Part shown: positions 14,839-30,602 of the stretch, one piece after another
Layout: each line of letters starts with the position of its first letter
Numbering within the stretch: the first letter of the stretch is position 1
Assembly (NCBI GenBank): GCA_964016885.1
Contig: OZ024742.1
Coordinates: 304,420,001 to 304,484,000 of the forward strand
Reading direction: 5' to 3'
DNA length: 64,000 nucleotides
Origin: Eledone cirrhosa
Lineage: Eukaryota
The notes under the pieces: generated by a model
Databases searched by the model: none
What the model was told of the DNA's origin: nothing
What the model saw: only the letters and a program-made list of their open reading frames with translations
Position numbers and translations under genes: made by a program

Positions 14839-16514
14839 TAGTAGATCAGTGACGGTAAGGTAAGTCCCATGACGTGATAAACCATCTTCCGTTCGTGGGG
14901 CGTAAATCTCTAATCTGAGACGCCACTTGTAGCGAAACGTTCTCCATTCCCGACGTGGACACTGCGGCCCGTAACGCAGAAGACCAGATTATATTAAAAT
15001 ATCGGGACTTGATCAACCGCTAAATTTTCGTGCGGGTCGCCGTCGAGACACCCGGTGTTTAGTACATTACTTGTTTTGTAGAACACTAGATTAGTGGTTT
15101 TGAGCTATATAGTAACGCTACTACATGTTCAGTGTTAACATCCCTCCTATTTGAATTTCGTTTTTCAGTGTCGAACAAAAAATATTGTTTTTATTTGGAT
15201 GCTAGATATCATTATTTCTATTCCTGGGGAACACTTTCACTTATACAGAGTACAGACTGCCTACGGAGATGGATTTAGTGTGTATAATCATGCAGGTTTT
15301 GTTCCGGTTTTATATTGGTTTGGTCTGGAATATGTGCTATCATCCTGGCCATTGTAGACCTATGATCAATGAGAGTAATGAGGTTAATATTTCTTTTGAA
15401 ATTTAGGACATCAACGGCAGCAGAAAACTGTGAGCAGTTGAAGAGATACCCAAGTTGTGCCGTTCTGTACTGAAACAGGTGAGTAGATTATTTTATTGCG
15501 AGTTCTGGGGCGGGGAACAATGTAGGAGACAACAGGAGATAAGAGGAATAAGAAGGAAGGGGCGCAGTGATAGTGGAACACGAGAAGACCCCATAGACTG
15601 GAGATAAATCCAGTTCTGGTACAACAGGTAGTGGTTTGAGACAACAGATCTCTAAGAGAGAGATTACAGTGTGCTGGAGATTGAATTTGCATCAACATTG
15701 AACAATCAATAAACTGCTAAACCATTCTCATAACGGTCTTAACACGCCTATGCAGTCTACGATTTTTGAATGGTTAGATAAAGTACCGTCCCAGGACTAT
15801 GACCAGTTTTCCATTGAGGATCTCAACTGTGGTTTTTTAAAGGACTAGTAATTGTCGAAGATGTATATTTTATTGATCCGAAGAGATAGACCTGTTTTTA
15901 TCGATTCTCGGTTGACTCAGTGCTTCTATCATTTATCTCTAGCATAGTTGAAGTCAGTTCAACTTCTAAAGGCCACATCGGCTCAGTTGTGAACGTAAAA
16001 TGCTGCCTAGTGTTATCATTGAACATTATACTATCAGTCTGTCAAACGTTTCCTCTTTCATGGCTTATGTAAGTTTTAGCATTTGTGCACATAAGGCACA
16101 GATTTCCGTCTTAAACTACATGGCTTATAATCAAGTGTAAGAATTACCTAACATGAAGAAAGCGAGGTTATCAGACGAGATTCTTAAAAAGTAATACCAA
16201 AATTCAAACACAAGTCGATTGTGTTAGATAGCAGCCAAAAATGAAATTCTTTTTTCGTAACGGTAGCTCGGCCGATTTGGCATACGGCAGATATGAGTTC
16301 GCGTCCTACGAGTAATTTGTTAAATATTTTCTGAACAGGGGTCTTTTATGCCCAATTTGTTAGACTATTTTTCACACTCAGTCTGTTGAAACGGCAAGAG
16401 GTCAGCCGTCGAGATACCGACTCTTTATAATATACCCATATTCTTCTACCACAAGTATCGAGTACTCTGTTGAGTAATGGGCTAAGCAGTTTCAAACTGA
16501 ATCCACCCTGTTCG

Positions 16515-16633
<119 letters not shown>

Positions 16634-17668
16634 GTATTGTCTTTAAATATATGTATGTATACATAAGTATTGACTATAAATTTATTTAATTGATAAATTG
16701 ATAATATATTCAACTGGATTTTTACCCTTGAAAATTAATACTATAAATAGCAAGTAATCCAAGTATCACATAGCAACGCTTTGTGTAGATCTATGACATA
16801 AACATATTTATATCTAGATACCGGTCTAGCTTATCAGAACAATAGGTCGTGGGACGAAGTTACTCAATTTCTTGTAGTATAATTTGAAAAGGATAATATG
16901 TAAAACTAATTCTATCAACCACGAAAGTTTGGCAATGTTGATATGAATGTATAACCCACCATTCGAATCCGATGTAGGTTAGAATCGTTAATTTCATATT
17001 TGGAAACCTTTTATTCTTTCGTTATTAAATATTAAATATATTTGAAATAATATATATACGGGCGTGTATGGATGACGTTCTTTCTCTTCTCTCGTCTCTC
17101 TTTCCCTAGATGTGTGTGTATGTGTCTTTACGTGTGTGTCTGTGTGCCTGTCTGAGTGTGGATGTAAATGTGTGAATGTGTGTGGGTTCATGTGCGAATG
17201 ACTTTATATTATTTTTCTATTCTTTTATTATTTTACTTGTTTCAGTCATTAGACTACCAGAATGTTGGGACTCCTCGTTAAAAAGATTCGGTTCATCATG
17301 TTAGACTACAGTACTTTGTGTCTCGCTTCAAATATTTTAACTATGATTGTTTGTGGAACTGCTATAATACTAGAGACATGGAGAAACAGACGAGGGCAAA
17401 CAACACGTACGAGTACACAACTCACGTACACACACACTCATATGTGTGTGTATATATATATATATATAAATATGATGGACCTCAAACGCACCATTCAGTG
17501 AGAATGCATTGTTCAACCCCAGGTTATATAAGAAGACACCTGGTTAAGCTGCCACTTTATGAGACTGAACCCGCAACCCCGTGGGTGTGAAGCGAACTTT
17601 TTGCCCCAGAGCCTTGCCTGCTCCTATATTCATTATATTTTAAATCTGCATTGAACTTGGAGCAAATA

Positions 17669-17741
<73 letters not shown>

Positions 17742-17927
17742 CGTGGAGGCGGCGGGATAATTCATGCTACTATGGTAAGAATTTATATACTATGATGGAT
17801 GGTGATATATTACTAGGGAAAAGAAAACTAATGAAAATTCATATCAGAAACAGCGACAGCAGCAGCATCAGTATCCTCAACATCAACGTCAACATCAGCA
17901 ACATCTGGAACAACAATATCATTATCA

Positions 17928-18160
17928 GCATCAACTTTATCAAAAGCCACAACTCCGGGCAGTGACCTCCTTAAGGCAGAGGAGCGGGAAATATCCAAGT
18001 ACTGGAATTTGACCGACCGCTTCCTTTTTGTGCCAGTTACCATCAAGACCACCAGTGTCATCAGTATTCGGATTGCCGGTTTTCTTTGCAAAATGTGAAG
18101 GTGTAATCAACGTAGAAGCCTCGTAAGGAGGATTAGCTGATGCACTGGAATGTGTTGTCT
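17928..18160 (+). mobile_element. Decayed restriction-like endonuclease (RLE) fragment of a CRE-like non-LTR retrotransposon
   Basis: Frame reads ASTLSKATTPGSDLLKAEEREISKYWNLTDRFLFVPVTIKTTSVISIRIAGFLCKM*, resembling the AE..K..KY..L...F.P...ET.G pattern of RLE domains. Confidence 0.5.
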
Positions 18161-19144
18161 GATATTTACCGGTCAGTCAAGACGTGTAGTGTTTACCACT
18201 CATTTCAAATAAAAAAAAATATATATATATATAATTACCCTTCCTTTCCCCTTCTACTTTTTCTTTATCAAATCCTACCTCCGCATTTTACCTTGCTGCC
18301 TATACATTTATTAAGCAAATTCAGAAAAAAAAAGTGTCATCAGGAACTTTATTTAATATACAATAAATAAAACCAATATAATAAAATTACTTCAAAACAA
18401 AATAAGTCACAAAATTACAGTATCAAGAGAAGGGAAGGATCTCCGTCTGTTTTAAGGCTGAATGTGAGATTTGGTCGATTAATGAAACAGCCTGCTCGGG
18501 AAATTAATGGGTAAATGGATCACCATTTCAGAGACAGTACCTTTCACCTAATTCTCAAGTCTGATCCTTTTATTAACAGGTACAGTCAATCCCATTAGCT
18601 TCAATACAGTTTCCGTCTACCTAATTACACTCAAAATGAATCGGTCGATACGAGACTTTTGTGAATGACACTTGCCCAAGATGCCACGCAGAAGGATCGA
18701 ACATGGGACTTAACAGTTGCTAAGCGATCATCGTAAGCATTCGGCCATACAAGGAAGATGTGACAACACAGGTGGCAGCAGCAACAGCAGCAGTAAGATA
18801 AATAACAACAGAAGCTGAAGCAGAAGTAGTAGCAGCAGCTGCAGCTAAAGTAACATCAACTCAGCAGCAACAGCAGCAACGACTGTGACGACAGCTGCAA
18901 GTGCTGCAGCAGTAGTATTAGGACTAAGAAAAACAACAACGGCAACTGCGACAATGGCAGCAGCCCCAACAGTAACAGCAACAATATTGTATGTAGTAGT
19001 ACTAATAGCAGCAACAGCATGCAGCGATAGCTACACACCACCAACACAGTCCACACCACCACGAACAACACCTCCACTAACATCAGCACCATCATCAACA
19101 ACAACATCTCCAACCATCCAGACACCCCCAACCACTATATTTTC

Positions 19145-19310
19145 GTCATGCAGAATAGGTGAGTGGTTAAGAAGTTCGCTTCGCAATCATTAGGATCTGG
19201 TTTCGATACCACTGCATGACATCTTTAGCAAGTGTCATTTATATTAACCTCGTGTTAAAAAATATCTTGTGAATGAAATGGGGTAGACGAAAACTATTTG
19301 GAAACCTCTC
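19145..19310 (+). mobile_element. tRNA-derived SINE family B (older; other copies 18595-18752 -, 11597-11750 -, 17515-17625 -)
   Basis: gagtggttaagaagttcgctt (A-box region), ggtttcgataccactgc (B box), gcaagtgtc and ggtagacgaaaact; reverse-complement equivalents (gacacttgcccaag, ttccgtctac) in the other copies. Confidence 0.7.
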
Positions 19311-19899
19311 AAACACAGACTGTGCCAATAATTAAGGGACCGGTCTTGTCTCATATTTCGTTAAGTTGAATCTCCCTGAGAATTACATTAAGGGTACATC
19401 TGTCTTTGGAATGCTCAGCCACTTACACATTAATTTCTTTAAAATGCTGTTCCGTTTATTGAACAACGGGACACTCCTCACCGAATCCGAAGGTGGTCCA
19501 TTCCAGTTTACCACATAGAATATAACTTTAAATATCACCAGTAACACCAGAGTAGTCCATTCCCAAATAAAGAGGTTATCACTTTGAAAACTGGTACCAG
19601 GCCAGTGCGGTGGGTTGGCATTATTGTTAAAGGGTCGGATGAGATACTTTATGATACATGTTCCAGCTCTCTATGTTCAAATACCTCTATGGCCTACTTC
19701 AGTAGTAGTCTTAGTCTGTCTCCTCATTTAACACAACAACCGTCCCTTCAGTGCCTTTAGCAAACTTAATTCGCAAGCATTTGCCCCAAGTCCACGATTT
19801 GCTGACCCCATCTTTCCGCCCTCTCACCAGTCATCGAAGGCCTGAAAAGGGTTATGATGACTGTCTTTCACTTCCTCACAAAATAGCAAAAAACAGAAA

Positions 19900-21112
19900 A
19901 GACTTCCTCAACGGCACCACGATAATACATAGTACCATCCCACCAACAGTATCATCACTAACCACTTCCACCTTCATTACCACCACCACGCCTCAACCAT
20001 CATCACAACCGCAGGTGCCTACCGAGAATATCAGCATTAAACTTCACCACCACACGCCATCATCACCTCTACCTCACAGCCACCATCCTCATCAATACCA
20101 GCATCCCACCAACTATATCATCACTATCCACCACCACCATCACTAACACAAACTGTAATGTCATCACTTAGAAGACATCCTGAATACTACTGATATCAAC
20201 CCTGCCTTAGCCAGCACCAGCACCTCCGCTACCACTATCCCCACCTTCACCGAAACCGTTACAGTCAGCAAAAACAACATCAAAAATAACAACGTCACGT
20301 CACCATCACAAAAACAATGAAGAATGCAGCGGCTATCGAAAAATAACCCCACCCCATCTCTAACTTAAAATCAACTAATGTTACCTGTCGCATGTTGGCC
20401 ATCAGTCTCACACCTCCACCATCCTGCTAAACCCAAACTGCCATTATCCACAGAATCACAGAGCACAATGTCTCCAATGCCATCACCAAAAACACCGCGA
20501 ACAACGCGAATAGCAACAATATATATTCCACCCTTAATCAAATTTACACCACCAAATTCAACCCCAACATCCCAGAACACCTCAAAACCCTAACACCATT
20601 AACACTACTACCAATACAACCATCATCACCTACCCCATCTTCAGCACCATTATCACTACTATAACGACCGCCATCGCCACCAACTTTACCGCCACCACCA
20701 CTGTCACTTCCACCAACCCTAGAACACCTAAAACTCTCAGAACCACTACCACTACCACTATAACTACTCCACCCCTACCATCATCAACCCGAGCAGACCT
20801 CAAACCCTCAGCACTACTAAAACCACTACCACCGCCAACCTCTCAAAAAGCTTCATCATCGCCACAACCACCACCAGCAGCGATGTCAACAGTAACAACA
20901 AGTACCATCGGATATGTCTCCACTTAAGAGCCCAACGCTACCCCCACACCTCAAACGTCACTTATACAACCACCACCATTAGCACTCGTACCACCATCAC
21001 CGCAATGACTAGCACCGCCATTAACTCTCTAATGGTAAGCAACGATCCCCCACCACCCATTCCCTCTTATATTTCGACCACTAGCTCTGGCATTAGTACA
21101 ACAACAACAACA

Positions 21113-21176
<64 letters not shown>

Positions 21177-21560
21177 TTACTACTACTAGGTAGCTAGCTA
21201 GCTAGCTACCTAGGCAATAACCCTTCATCTAACAACGCACACACCAACCCCCTCCAAGAATCCCAACAATAAAAATGAAGCACCAACGTCCTCATCAACA
21301 GCAGCATCAACATTCAAATCACCATCATCACCATCGTCATCACCATCTTCAGCAGCTTTCTAACCATTGTAATCATCATCATTATCATCATCATTAGAAA
21401 CATCATCATCTTTATCATAATTCTCATCACCATTTTCATCCTCATCGTCATCGGCACCATCATCACCATCATCATAACCATCATCGTTAACATCGTCATC
21501 ATTAACAGCAACTTCACAAGAAGCAAAGACAGCCCAACAACCCAACAACCGGTACATGAC
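19900..21560. repeat. Low-complexity ACC/ATC/ACT triplet-rich region
   Basis: Strong C/A skew, (ACT)n at ~21110-21190 and decayed (CAT)n at 21310-21500; no sustained credible ORF. Confidence 0.75.
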
Positions 21561-21677
21561 AACTACAACGACAGTGAGAGGGCGAGAGAGAGAGGGAGAG
21601 GGAGAGAGAGAGAGAGAGTGAAAGGGAGAGATAGAGAGAGAGAGAGAGAGAGTGAGAGGGAGAGTGAGAGAGAGAAT

Positions 21678-21714
<37 letters not shown>

Positions 21715-21739
21715 TAGAGAGAGAGAGAGAGAGCAGACT

Positions 21740-21860
21740 AACAGCGGTGGCATCTACAGCAGTAGTAGTAGTTGAAGTCCTGACAACACCATCACCAATA
21801 GCAGCAGCAGCAGCAGCAATAGCAGCAACTGTGCAGCTGCAGCACCAGCAGTAACAACAT

Positions 21861-21905
<45 letters not shown>

Positions 21906-22723
21906 CGACTGCGCTGACAAAGGTGAAGGCGGCGGCGGCTCTCTTCGAACGTCTACTAACAAAAACTACGACGACTACGACTCTTAATATCACCTCCACC
22001 ATCATCATCGTCAGCAGCAGTGGCAATAGCAGCAGCACCACCCTCATTGACAACCAATACGACCAGCCCTGTACAAAAAATGCGATGGTGGCGGAGACGG
22101 GATAACTGTAAAGGTAAAAGCCAGTGTTGCTGGTGAGGACAAGAAAAAGAAGAATTTTTTTTTTTTTTTAGAAAATAACAAAATAAAACTACGATAACAA
22201 AAACAAAAACAACAACGTTGACCACTGCCATCACCATCATCATCATCACGGCGGCGGCGGAGTCGCCGGCAAGTGTGAGTGCAGCGGTGGAGCAGGCGGC
22301 GGCGGCGGTGACGTACACCACCACCACCACCACTAGCACCACCACGACCACGACCACCACCACAACGACTACGACGACGACGAATTCAACGGAGCAGACG
22401 ACCAAGCAGACGACCGAGCAGACGACGACTTACACGACAACGACAACAACAAAAACAACAGCGAGGGGGACGATTATAATAACTACGACAACAATAACGA
22501 CGACGGCGACGACAATAACGATAAGGTGGACGATAACAATAATAATATTAATAACAATAATAATAACGACGACGACGTCGACGATAACGACGACGACAAC
22601 GACGACGACAACAAACATTTCAATATTCGCTCCAACGTTCATACCACGACGACGACGTCGACGGTCGGTGCAGCCGTTGGCCTCGCTGGAGTCGGTGCTG
22701 GTTCGGTTAGTTTTACACGCGAA
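21740..22723 (+). promoter_or_regulatory. CpG-rich, triplet-repeat-rich putative promoter / 5' UTR of the NOL4-like gene
   Basis: Sharp local rise in GC and CpG (GGC, GAC, ACG, CAG runs) against an AT-rich background, directly upstream of the exon and downstream of a (GA)n tract at 21575-21732. No TSS evidence. Confidence 0.45.
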
Positions 22724-22957
22724 ATGTATGACACATTCCAGTCTTGGGCCCTTCAAAACTATGGAGATTCGGGCAAAACCAAGACGGTCACTCGGAGAAA
22801 ATACAATCGGATCGTACGTATATTAAATGGAGAGGAGGTAGCCACCACGGAGAATTCCAAATTTCGGATATGGGTGAAAGCGAAAGGATTCCGCCTAGGA
22901 CATTTTAACAACAGCGAAAGTGATACTAAGCTATTGATGGTACCAACTAGAATTTCG
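22724..22957 (+). CDS. NOL4: First coding exon of a nucleolar protein 4-like (NOL4/NOL4L family) gene; partial CDS, 78 codons
   Basis: Translation MYDTFQSWALQNYGDSGKTKTVTRRKYNRIVRILNGEEVATTENSKFRIWVKAKGFRLG...LLMVPTRIS matches the NOL4 N-terminus as I recall it (MYRQFQDWCLRTYGDSGKTKTVTRKKYERIVQLLNG...NAKFKFWVKSKGFQLG...LYVPVKTT). It ends at a strong phase-0 donor TCG|GTAAGT (22957/22958). ATG 22724 is the first in-frame ATG after the TAG at 22334. The start is less certain than the family call, and NOL4 versus NOL4L orthology is unresolved. Confidence 0.9.
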
Positions 22958-23210
22958 GTAAGTTATGCTTCTTTTTTTCTAATTTTTTTTATTAAATTAA
23001 TTTGTACTTTTAATTTGTGTTTTTTGTCCTGCGTTATTTTGTAATTCATTTTCGAATGGTAGTGGGAGAGGGGCTGCTTTTTTTTTATAAATACCCACAC
23101 ATAACCATATATCAGGCCTGATTCTGTGCAGATATGTATAAACACACACTCACTCACACACACATACACCCTCCCCCTCTCCACACACACATATACACAC
23201 ACACACACAG

Positions 23211-23255
<45 letters not shown>

Positions 23256-23260
23256 TATGA

Positions 23261-23315
<55 letters not shown>

Positions 23316-23715
23316 TGTGTGTGTTTGTGTGTGCGTGCGTGTGCGTGTGTGTGTGTTTGTGTGTATGTGTATATTGTGTGTATGTATATATTTACGTGTG
23401 TATAAATACACACACACAAACATTTATATATATATATATGTGTATATATACATATATATTTATGCGCAAAATATAAAAAAAATTGTGTTTTACAAATGAA
23501 AAGAAATATTATTTTTGCATATATATATTCACAGTAATTCTTATACACACTATTATCATTTATATACACACACCTTTTATATCGTTTATTTACATACGCG
23601 TTGTTTATATTATGCGCTATATATCCTCAAACATACATACACCCTAAACTCACATACACAAACTAAACATATATCTGAGTGTGTGTATAACACGTACGTA
23701 CGTGTGAGAACGTTT

Positions 23716-23833
<118 letters not shown>

Positions 23834-24013
23834 TTTCAATGGAAGTCGCTTCTTCAAAATCATGGATAATGTTATCGGACCGTTATTCTTATCTTAAAGG
23901 CTCTGTCCCGGAGTGATCACAATAACGGCTTTCAATCTACATATTTATGATACTTACATACACACACACATAAACATACACAAACACAGACACACACATA
24001 TACACACACAAAC

Positions 24014-24071
<58 letters not shown>

Positions 24072-24520
24072 ATATTTATATATATATTTATATATATATA
24101 AACGTATCTATGTATACGTTATATCTTCACAACCTTCGTCTTTAAGTTATTATTAATATTATTGTTATTATTATTCATATATTCAATAAATGAATTATAT
24201 ATTCATTCATTTGTCTTCATTTATATATACAACAATTTATCTCATTATTTCAACACCTTTCAGATAGAGAAGGAAACGAAATAATTCGGGGGAAATGAAT
24301 AAAATTCATTATATTCAATAACATAATGGCACTCTTTCTAATTTCTTCTATTTTTCCTTTTCTTTTTCCTATATATTTGTTTCGTTATGATTATCGTTGT
24401 ACTCATAACCCCCCCCCCCCCCCAATGTATCCTCTTCGTCAGAGTCTCCATCACCTTCATCACCTTCGTCAACAAATACGTCATTACAGCTTATGCATAT
24501 ATATATATATATATATATAA

Positions 24521-24551
<31 letters not shown>

Positions 24552-25383
24552 TATATATAAATATAAATATATGTAAATGAATATATAATTATACATATAT
24601 ATGTGTTTGTGTGAGCATATATATATATATATATGTGTGTATATATATATATATATAGATGTATATATATTGTGAGAGAAAGTGTGTGTGTGTGTGTGCT
24701 TAGTAATAAATATATATTCCTTGCTTATTTCGCCCGCCCTGCTATGCTTCTTGCCATGTCTATCGTTCTTCGTTTAATGTGGTCAATGTGAGATGTTCAA
24801 CCATCCTGGGACAGTTGCGCTAACTAAAATAACATGGAACCTCGCTGTCGTCTGCTTTCTTTCATTTTATGCACTCATTTATTTTTTTGATTTTCTCTTT
24901 TTTTTTTATTCATTCATTTATTTATGATTTTTTCGCCTCACCTTCCTGTCAATTTATTCAACAGTGGAACCTCCCACCATACATCATATTCTTTGACACT
25001 CACCAACCATCGTACTTTTTCTCTCATTCATGATCTGACTCTCTCTCGCCCTCCCCCCACTCCTTCACATATTCTACCTCTTCTTCTATACCTCTCTACC
25101 TTCTATCATTCTCTCTCCACCACTCTCCCCCTCTCTCTCTCTGTCTCAACATATTCCTCTCTCTATAAATGTGTCTCTCTCTTTACCTTCTCACCCTTTT
25201 TCATATTTTAGGTCTGACTCTTAGGAACATATTTTGTTTCTCCTCTTGTCTTTTTTTTTTTTAATAACCCCCCCCCCCCGCCCCCATCAACATATACGTC
25301 TCTAAAAAACATTAACTTAACCTCCCTCGATTCTATAAGTTTTCTACAAGATTCCGTATAATCCTCGACGTTTGCCTCTTCAC

Positions 25384-25473
<90 letters not shown>

Positions 25474-25550
25474 CTGACGAAGGACTATTTTTATCATATG
25501 TAACCCATGTGCAACCACGCAGTATTCTTTCATCTCATGCTTTTTATATA

Positions 25551-25624
<74 letters not shown>

Positions 25625-25808
25625 TATATATATACGTCTGGAACTAGCTGTTGAAATGGCAAGCGTTCAGCCGGCAGGGTCCCGACTCTTTACAATATAT
25701 ATATACATGCATACACACATATATATAAACGTTATTATTACGGGGTCGATAAAATAAAGTACCAGTAATGTACTGGGTAATTGCTGGCTTTGTGCCTAAA
25801 GTAGAAAC

Positions 25809-25898
<90 letters not shown>

Positions 25899-26072
25899 AT
25901 CTGTGTGTCTGTGTGTGAGTATACACACATATATATCTATGTGTGTGTGTGAGAGAGAGTATTATACATATATATACATATATATTCATATACATGCCTC
26001 AACACACACACATACCTAGACATATATACATGTATCTATCTAACAGTTTGCCTATCGAACGCTCTTTTTACC

Positions 26073-26117
<45 letters not shown>

Positions 26118-26208
26118 ATATGTATGTATGTATTTGAGGGACGAATAAATACACAGATACACACTCACAAACACACAGACAGACATATATATATATATAT
26201 GTATATAT

Positions 26209-26307
<99 letters not shown>

Positions 26308-27211
26308 TGTCTGTTTGTGAGTGTGTATCTGTGTATTTATTCGTCCCCCAAATCTTTTATCTTCAATATATGTTGTACTGAAAAAAGAAATATGTGAATG
26401 TAAAATTTAAGCATATAGTAATTAAATAAAGGACAATTGAAAAAATATTAATATTACATTAATATTCCTTTTATTTTTATTGCTGTTATTGTTGTTAGCG
26501 TTATTTTTGTTGTTATTAGTTGTGGTATTTTTGGTAGAGTTGATGATGTCTCCTTCTTCTTCTTCTTCTTCTTCTTCTTCTTCTTCTGCTATATTGATTA
26601 TTTTTTTATCATTTTACCAAGAATCTCATAAATTCCAGTGATGGGATATTAACAATTGCCCCCCCCCCCTACCACTTATACACCATCGTTACCTTCACTA
26701 GCATATACGTGTCACTTATTTTATCGATCCCAGAAGGATGAAAACGCCCGACATAATTGAACCCAAGTTATAAAGAGTTGAAATACAACAGTATTTTATG
26801 GCGCTCCACTGATTCAGCCACCTCACATGTTCTATCTTCTTAATATTCATATTTTTGACATCACTATCCATATAGCCATTCTTATCATTTTATGTCCGTT
26901 TCCCCTAATGATGGATGTTTTATTTCAAACTTACTTTTTACTACACAAAAATGTAAAGGGCGAACTCCTCATTTATAATAAGTAACTAATGTGTATTTCT
27001 TTGAAGTCTATATACATTGCCGCCCCAGTGGGATACGCACACACACAAACACACACACACACACACAGACACACACACACACACACACACATACATATAT
27101 ACATATATATATATGTATATATATTTATGCGCGAGTCACGGGTAAAATGGGGGGGGGGGGGTAACCAGAGTAAGCAACGCATTCAATACATTAGTAAGTG
27201 TAAACATCACA

Positions 27212-27347
27212 TTTAATATAGAAATTACTTCTACAGGACTAGAAATGTTTCATTCAAAAGAAATCAACAGGAAAGCCGTGGGGCTTTCCTGGTGATTTCT
27301 TTTGAATGAAACAGTTCTATTCATCTAGAAGTCATTTCTATATTAAA
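27212..27347. mobile_element. Palindromic element family 3, second copy
   Basis: ~65-bp arms around a 3-4 nt loop; homologous to 55488-55600. Confidence 0.65.
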
Positions 27348-27534
27348 CATGATATTTATATATATATATCTATGTACAGACACACACACAGTTACAATTA
27401 TATATATATATATATATATATGAATCTATGTATGTGTGTGCGTACACACACACACACACTCTCTTTTTCTCTCTCTTTCTCTCTCACACACACAGAGGCG
27501 AAACTCCAGAGTAAAAAGACTCACTATTTAGCCT

Positions 27535-27614
<80 letters not shown>

Positions 27615-29390
27615 GTATATATATATATCTATATATATATATATATAACCACGTCCTATAGACTCGAGTTGCACTCTACCTTGGATATATCTCTAACAAG
27701 TTGTTACCACTACACACACAAACACACTCACACACACACGCTCACACACACACGCTCACACACACACACACACACACACACAATATATATATTAGCTGAA
27801 AACCTGACAGCCCCACATGGATTTAATCACTACTAATACAACATCAACAATATCTACTACCCCTAATACCACGGCAGTTTTTTTAGTATCATTATAACTA
27901 AACCAATTTACAGATAATATTATATGTATGTGGTGAGTTTGCGGTAAATTAAACTTCCAGTGGTATTTGAAAGAATGTCGATAAGACACGGACATAGTAC
28001 TTCTTCCGCATGTCGGACAAATAAGTATTAAGAAAATAATTCTAATTTGTGATTTCTGATTTAGGCAAAAGGCCAAAGATTTGATGAGAGGGGAAAGTTG
28101 ATTAAATCAACCCTCAATGTATTACTGGTGCTTTATTTAATGGACACCGTAAGGTTAAAAGGTAAAGCTAACCTCGTAAGGAGCCAGAACAAACACTGCT
28201 AATAGTAATAATGGTTTCTTATATAGGCACAAGGCCAGAAATTTTGGGGGAGGGGGAAAGTCGATTAAATCGAACCCTGTACGTTGCCCCATAAGGATGA
28301 AAGGCAAAGTTAACCTCGGCGGGATAATAATAATAACAATAATATCAATAATAATGATGATGATTATATAATATTCCGCAACAACGTCTGTTTCTAGCTT
28401 GGTGAAAGGGAAAATATATTAGATAGATAAGATGTACTTATTTTGTCGACCTCGGAATTATGAAAGAGGTCATTGACCTCAGTAGAATTTGAACGCATAA
28501 TGTAGATCGAACTAGGTATTTATTTTAAATCTTTCAGTCTAGAACTCACAAGGGTGCGTCATAAAGAAAACATTAGAAATGAATCTCTATACAACTGTAT
28601 ATCTCTTTTTGGGGAACAAATACATAAAGCTTACGTAATTATACAATGACGGGTTCCGGGATCCGAAATCGTCCCGCATCATCTAAAATATTTAATCTCT
28701 CTCTCTCTCTCACACATACACACACACAAAGACACATCCACTCTTACAATACACACACTCGCTCACACACGAAAACATATATATGTGTGTGTGTGCTCGT
28801 TTTCTATATAATTGTTTTCTACTTTGGCACAAGGCCAGCAATTACTGGTACTTTATTTTATCGACCTCATAAGGATGAAAGCTAAAGTTAACCTTGACGG
28901 GATTTGAACTCATATAATAATAGATAATATATATATATATATATATTGTACATATATATATATATCCAGGGTTTTCGCGTATAATTGTATCTGACATAGT
29001 AGGATATTGACAATTTGGAGTGGGTTAGGGAAGGCAGTCGATTTCATCTACCCCATTACATATATACCTGATACACTTTTATCGATCATGAAAAGAGGAA
29101 AGGGCAGGGTTAAATTCTGCGGTAAAAAATCAAAGTGCAAACCTGAAAAAATATCGGTAATTCGTTTTGTCCGAGGCTGTAGCGATTCCTGGCAACATAC
29201 CGGCCATATTGCGATTAAAAGGATTCAATCCCATCTGTCCTAACGTCACTTAGACTACATACACTGTGCTGCTGTTTTAGTCTGACACACACAAACAACT
29301 TGGCAAAGTTTTCTTGCGAAGATTCAAGATATTTTCCTGTTTCAGCTTACACACACTCCCACACACACACACGCACACACGTACACAAAC

Positions 29391-29471
<81 letters not shown>

Positions 29472-29646
29472 CGTGAGTGAGAGAATGAGAGAGATAGAGA
29501 GGGGGAGACAATCACATATATATATATATATATTTATATATATATTTATATATATATATACATACACAAATATATATATATATATATGTATATATATACA
29601 TACATATATATATATATATATATACATTATGAATCTGTGTGTTTTC

Positions 29647-29692
<46 letters not shown>

Positions 29693-29723
29693 ATTCTTGC
29701 TTAAACTTTAATCTGTTATTTTA

Positions 29724-29771
<48 letters not shown>

Positions 29772-30050
29772 GGGGGGGAGAGGGGGAGACAGACAGAAAC
29801 AATATTATATACACCAAATTGTATGCATATATGTCTATCATGTATGATGGTAGCGTGTTTATATACATATCAGTGTCCCCTCATGTGTGTGTGTTCACAC
29901 AAACTTAGATAAACACATTAATGGTTTTAGTAATGTCCAATGTCTTATAAACGCACATGCGTGTGTATATGTGTTTGATAAGTGCATCTGATTGTGACTG
30001 TTTGAAAATGCAGAAATCATTTTGCGTGTGTCCATATAGGCACCTTAGTG

Positions 30051-30130
<80 letters not shown>

Positions 30131-30407
30131 GAAGCCACTCACATGTGAACACACGCACTCGCGCACACACACATACATACACATACATACATATATATAT
30201 ATATATATGTGTGTGCGTAATAGATGAGTACAACTGAAATAGATGGGCAGTTAAATTTAGTTATACATATATTACATTCTTACACTTCAATGGTATTTCA
30301 CTATTGGATAGTTCATATTTATACACATATGATATGCTTCTATGTACACGCTCTATTCTATTTTGGGCCCCGTCAACAAAACTTCAATACTATATCCGTG
30401 CACACAC

Positions 30408-30439
<32 letters not shown>

Positions 30440-30489
30440 GATTGTAATAATAAATGTGAAGACTAACATCCGGAGAGGGTTCGAAAAGG

Positions 30490-30602
<113 letters not shown>

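Noticed and set aside
14905-14945. ctgagac...gcgaaacgtt hammerhead-like string (similar weak strings at 36300-36320, 43610-43690, 52885-52922, 53115-53150)
   Set aside because: Core is incomplete or a helix is missing.
15353-15744. Possible solo LTR (TG...AATAAA...CA)
   Set aside because: No target-site duplication or second copy identified; boundaries would be arbitrary.
21314-21562. Asp-rich / Met-rich minus-strand ORFs
   Set aside because: Decayed (CAT)n repeat with no non-repetitive domain or splice evidence.
22218-22826. 202-aa Thr-rich ORF and antisense Val-rich ORFs
   Set aside because: Alternative frames of the triplet repeats; they overlap the NOL4-like exon out of frame.
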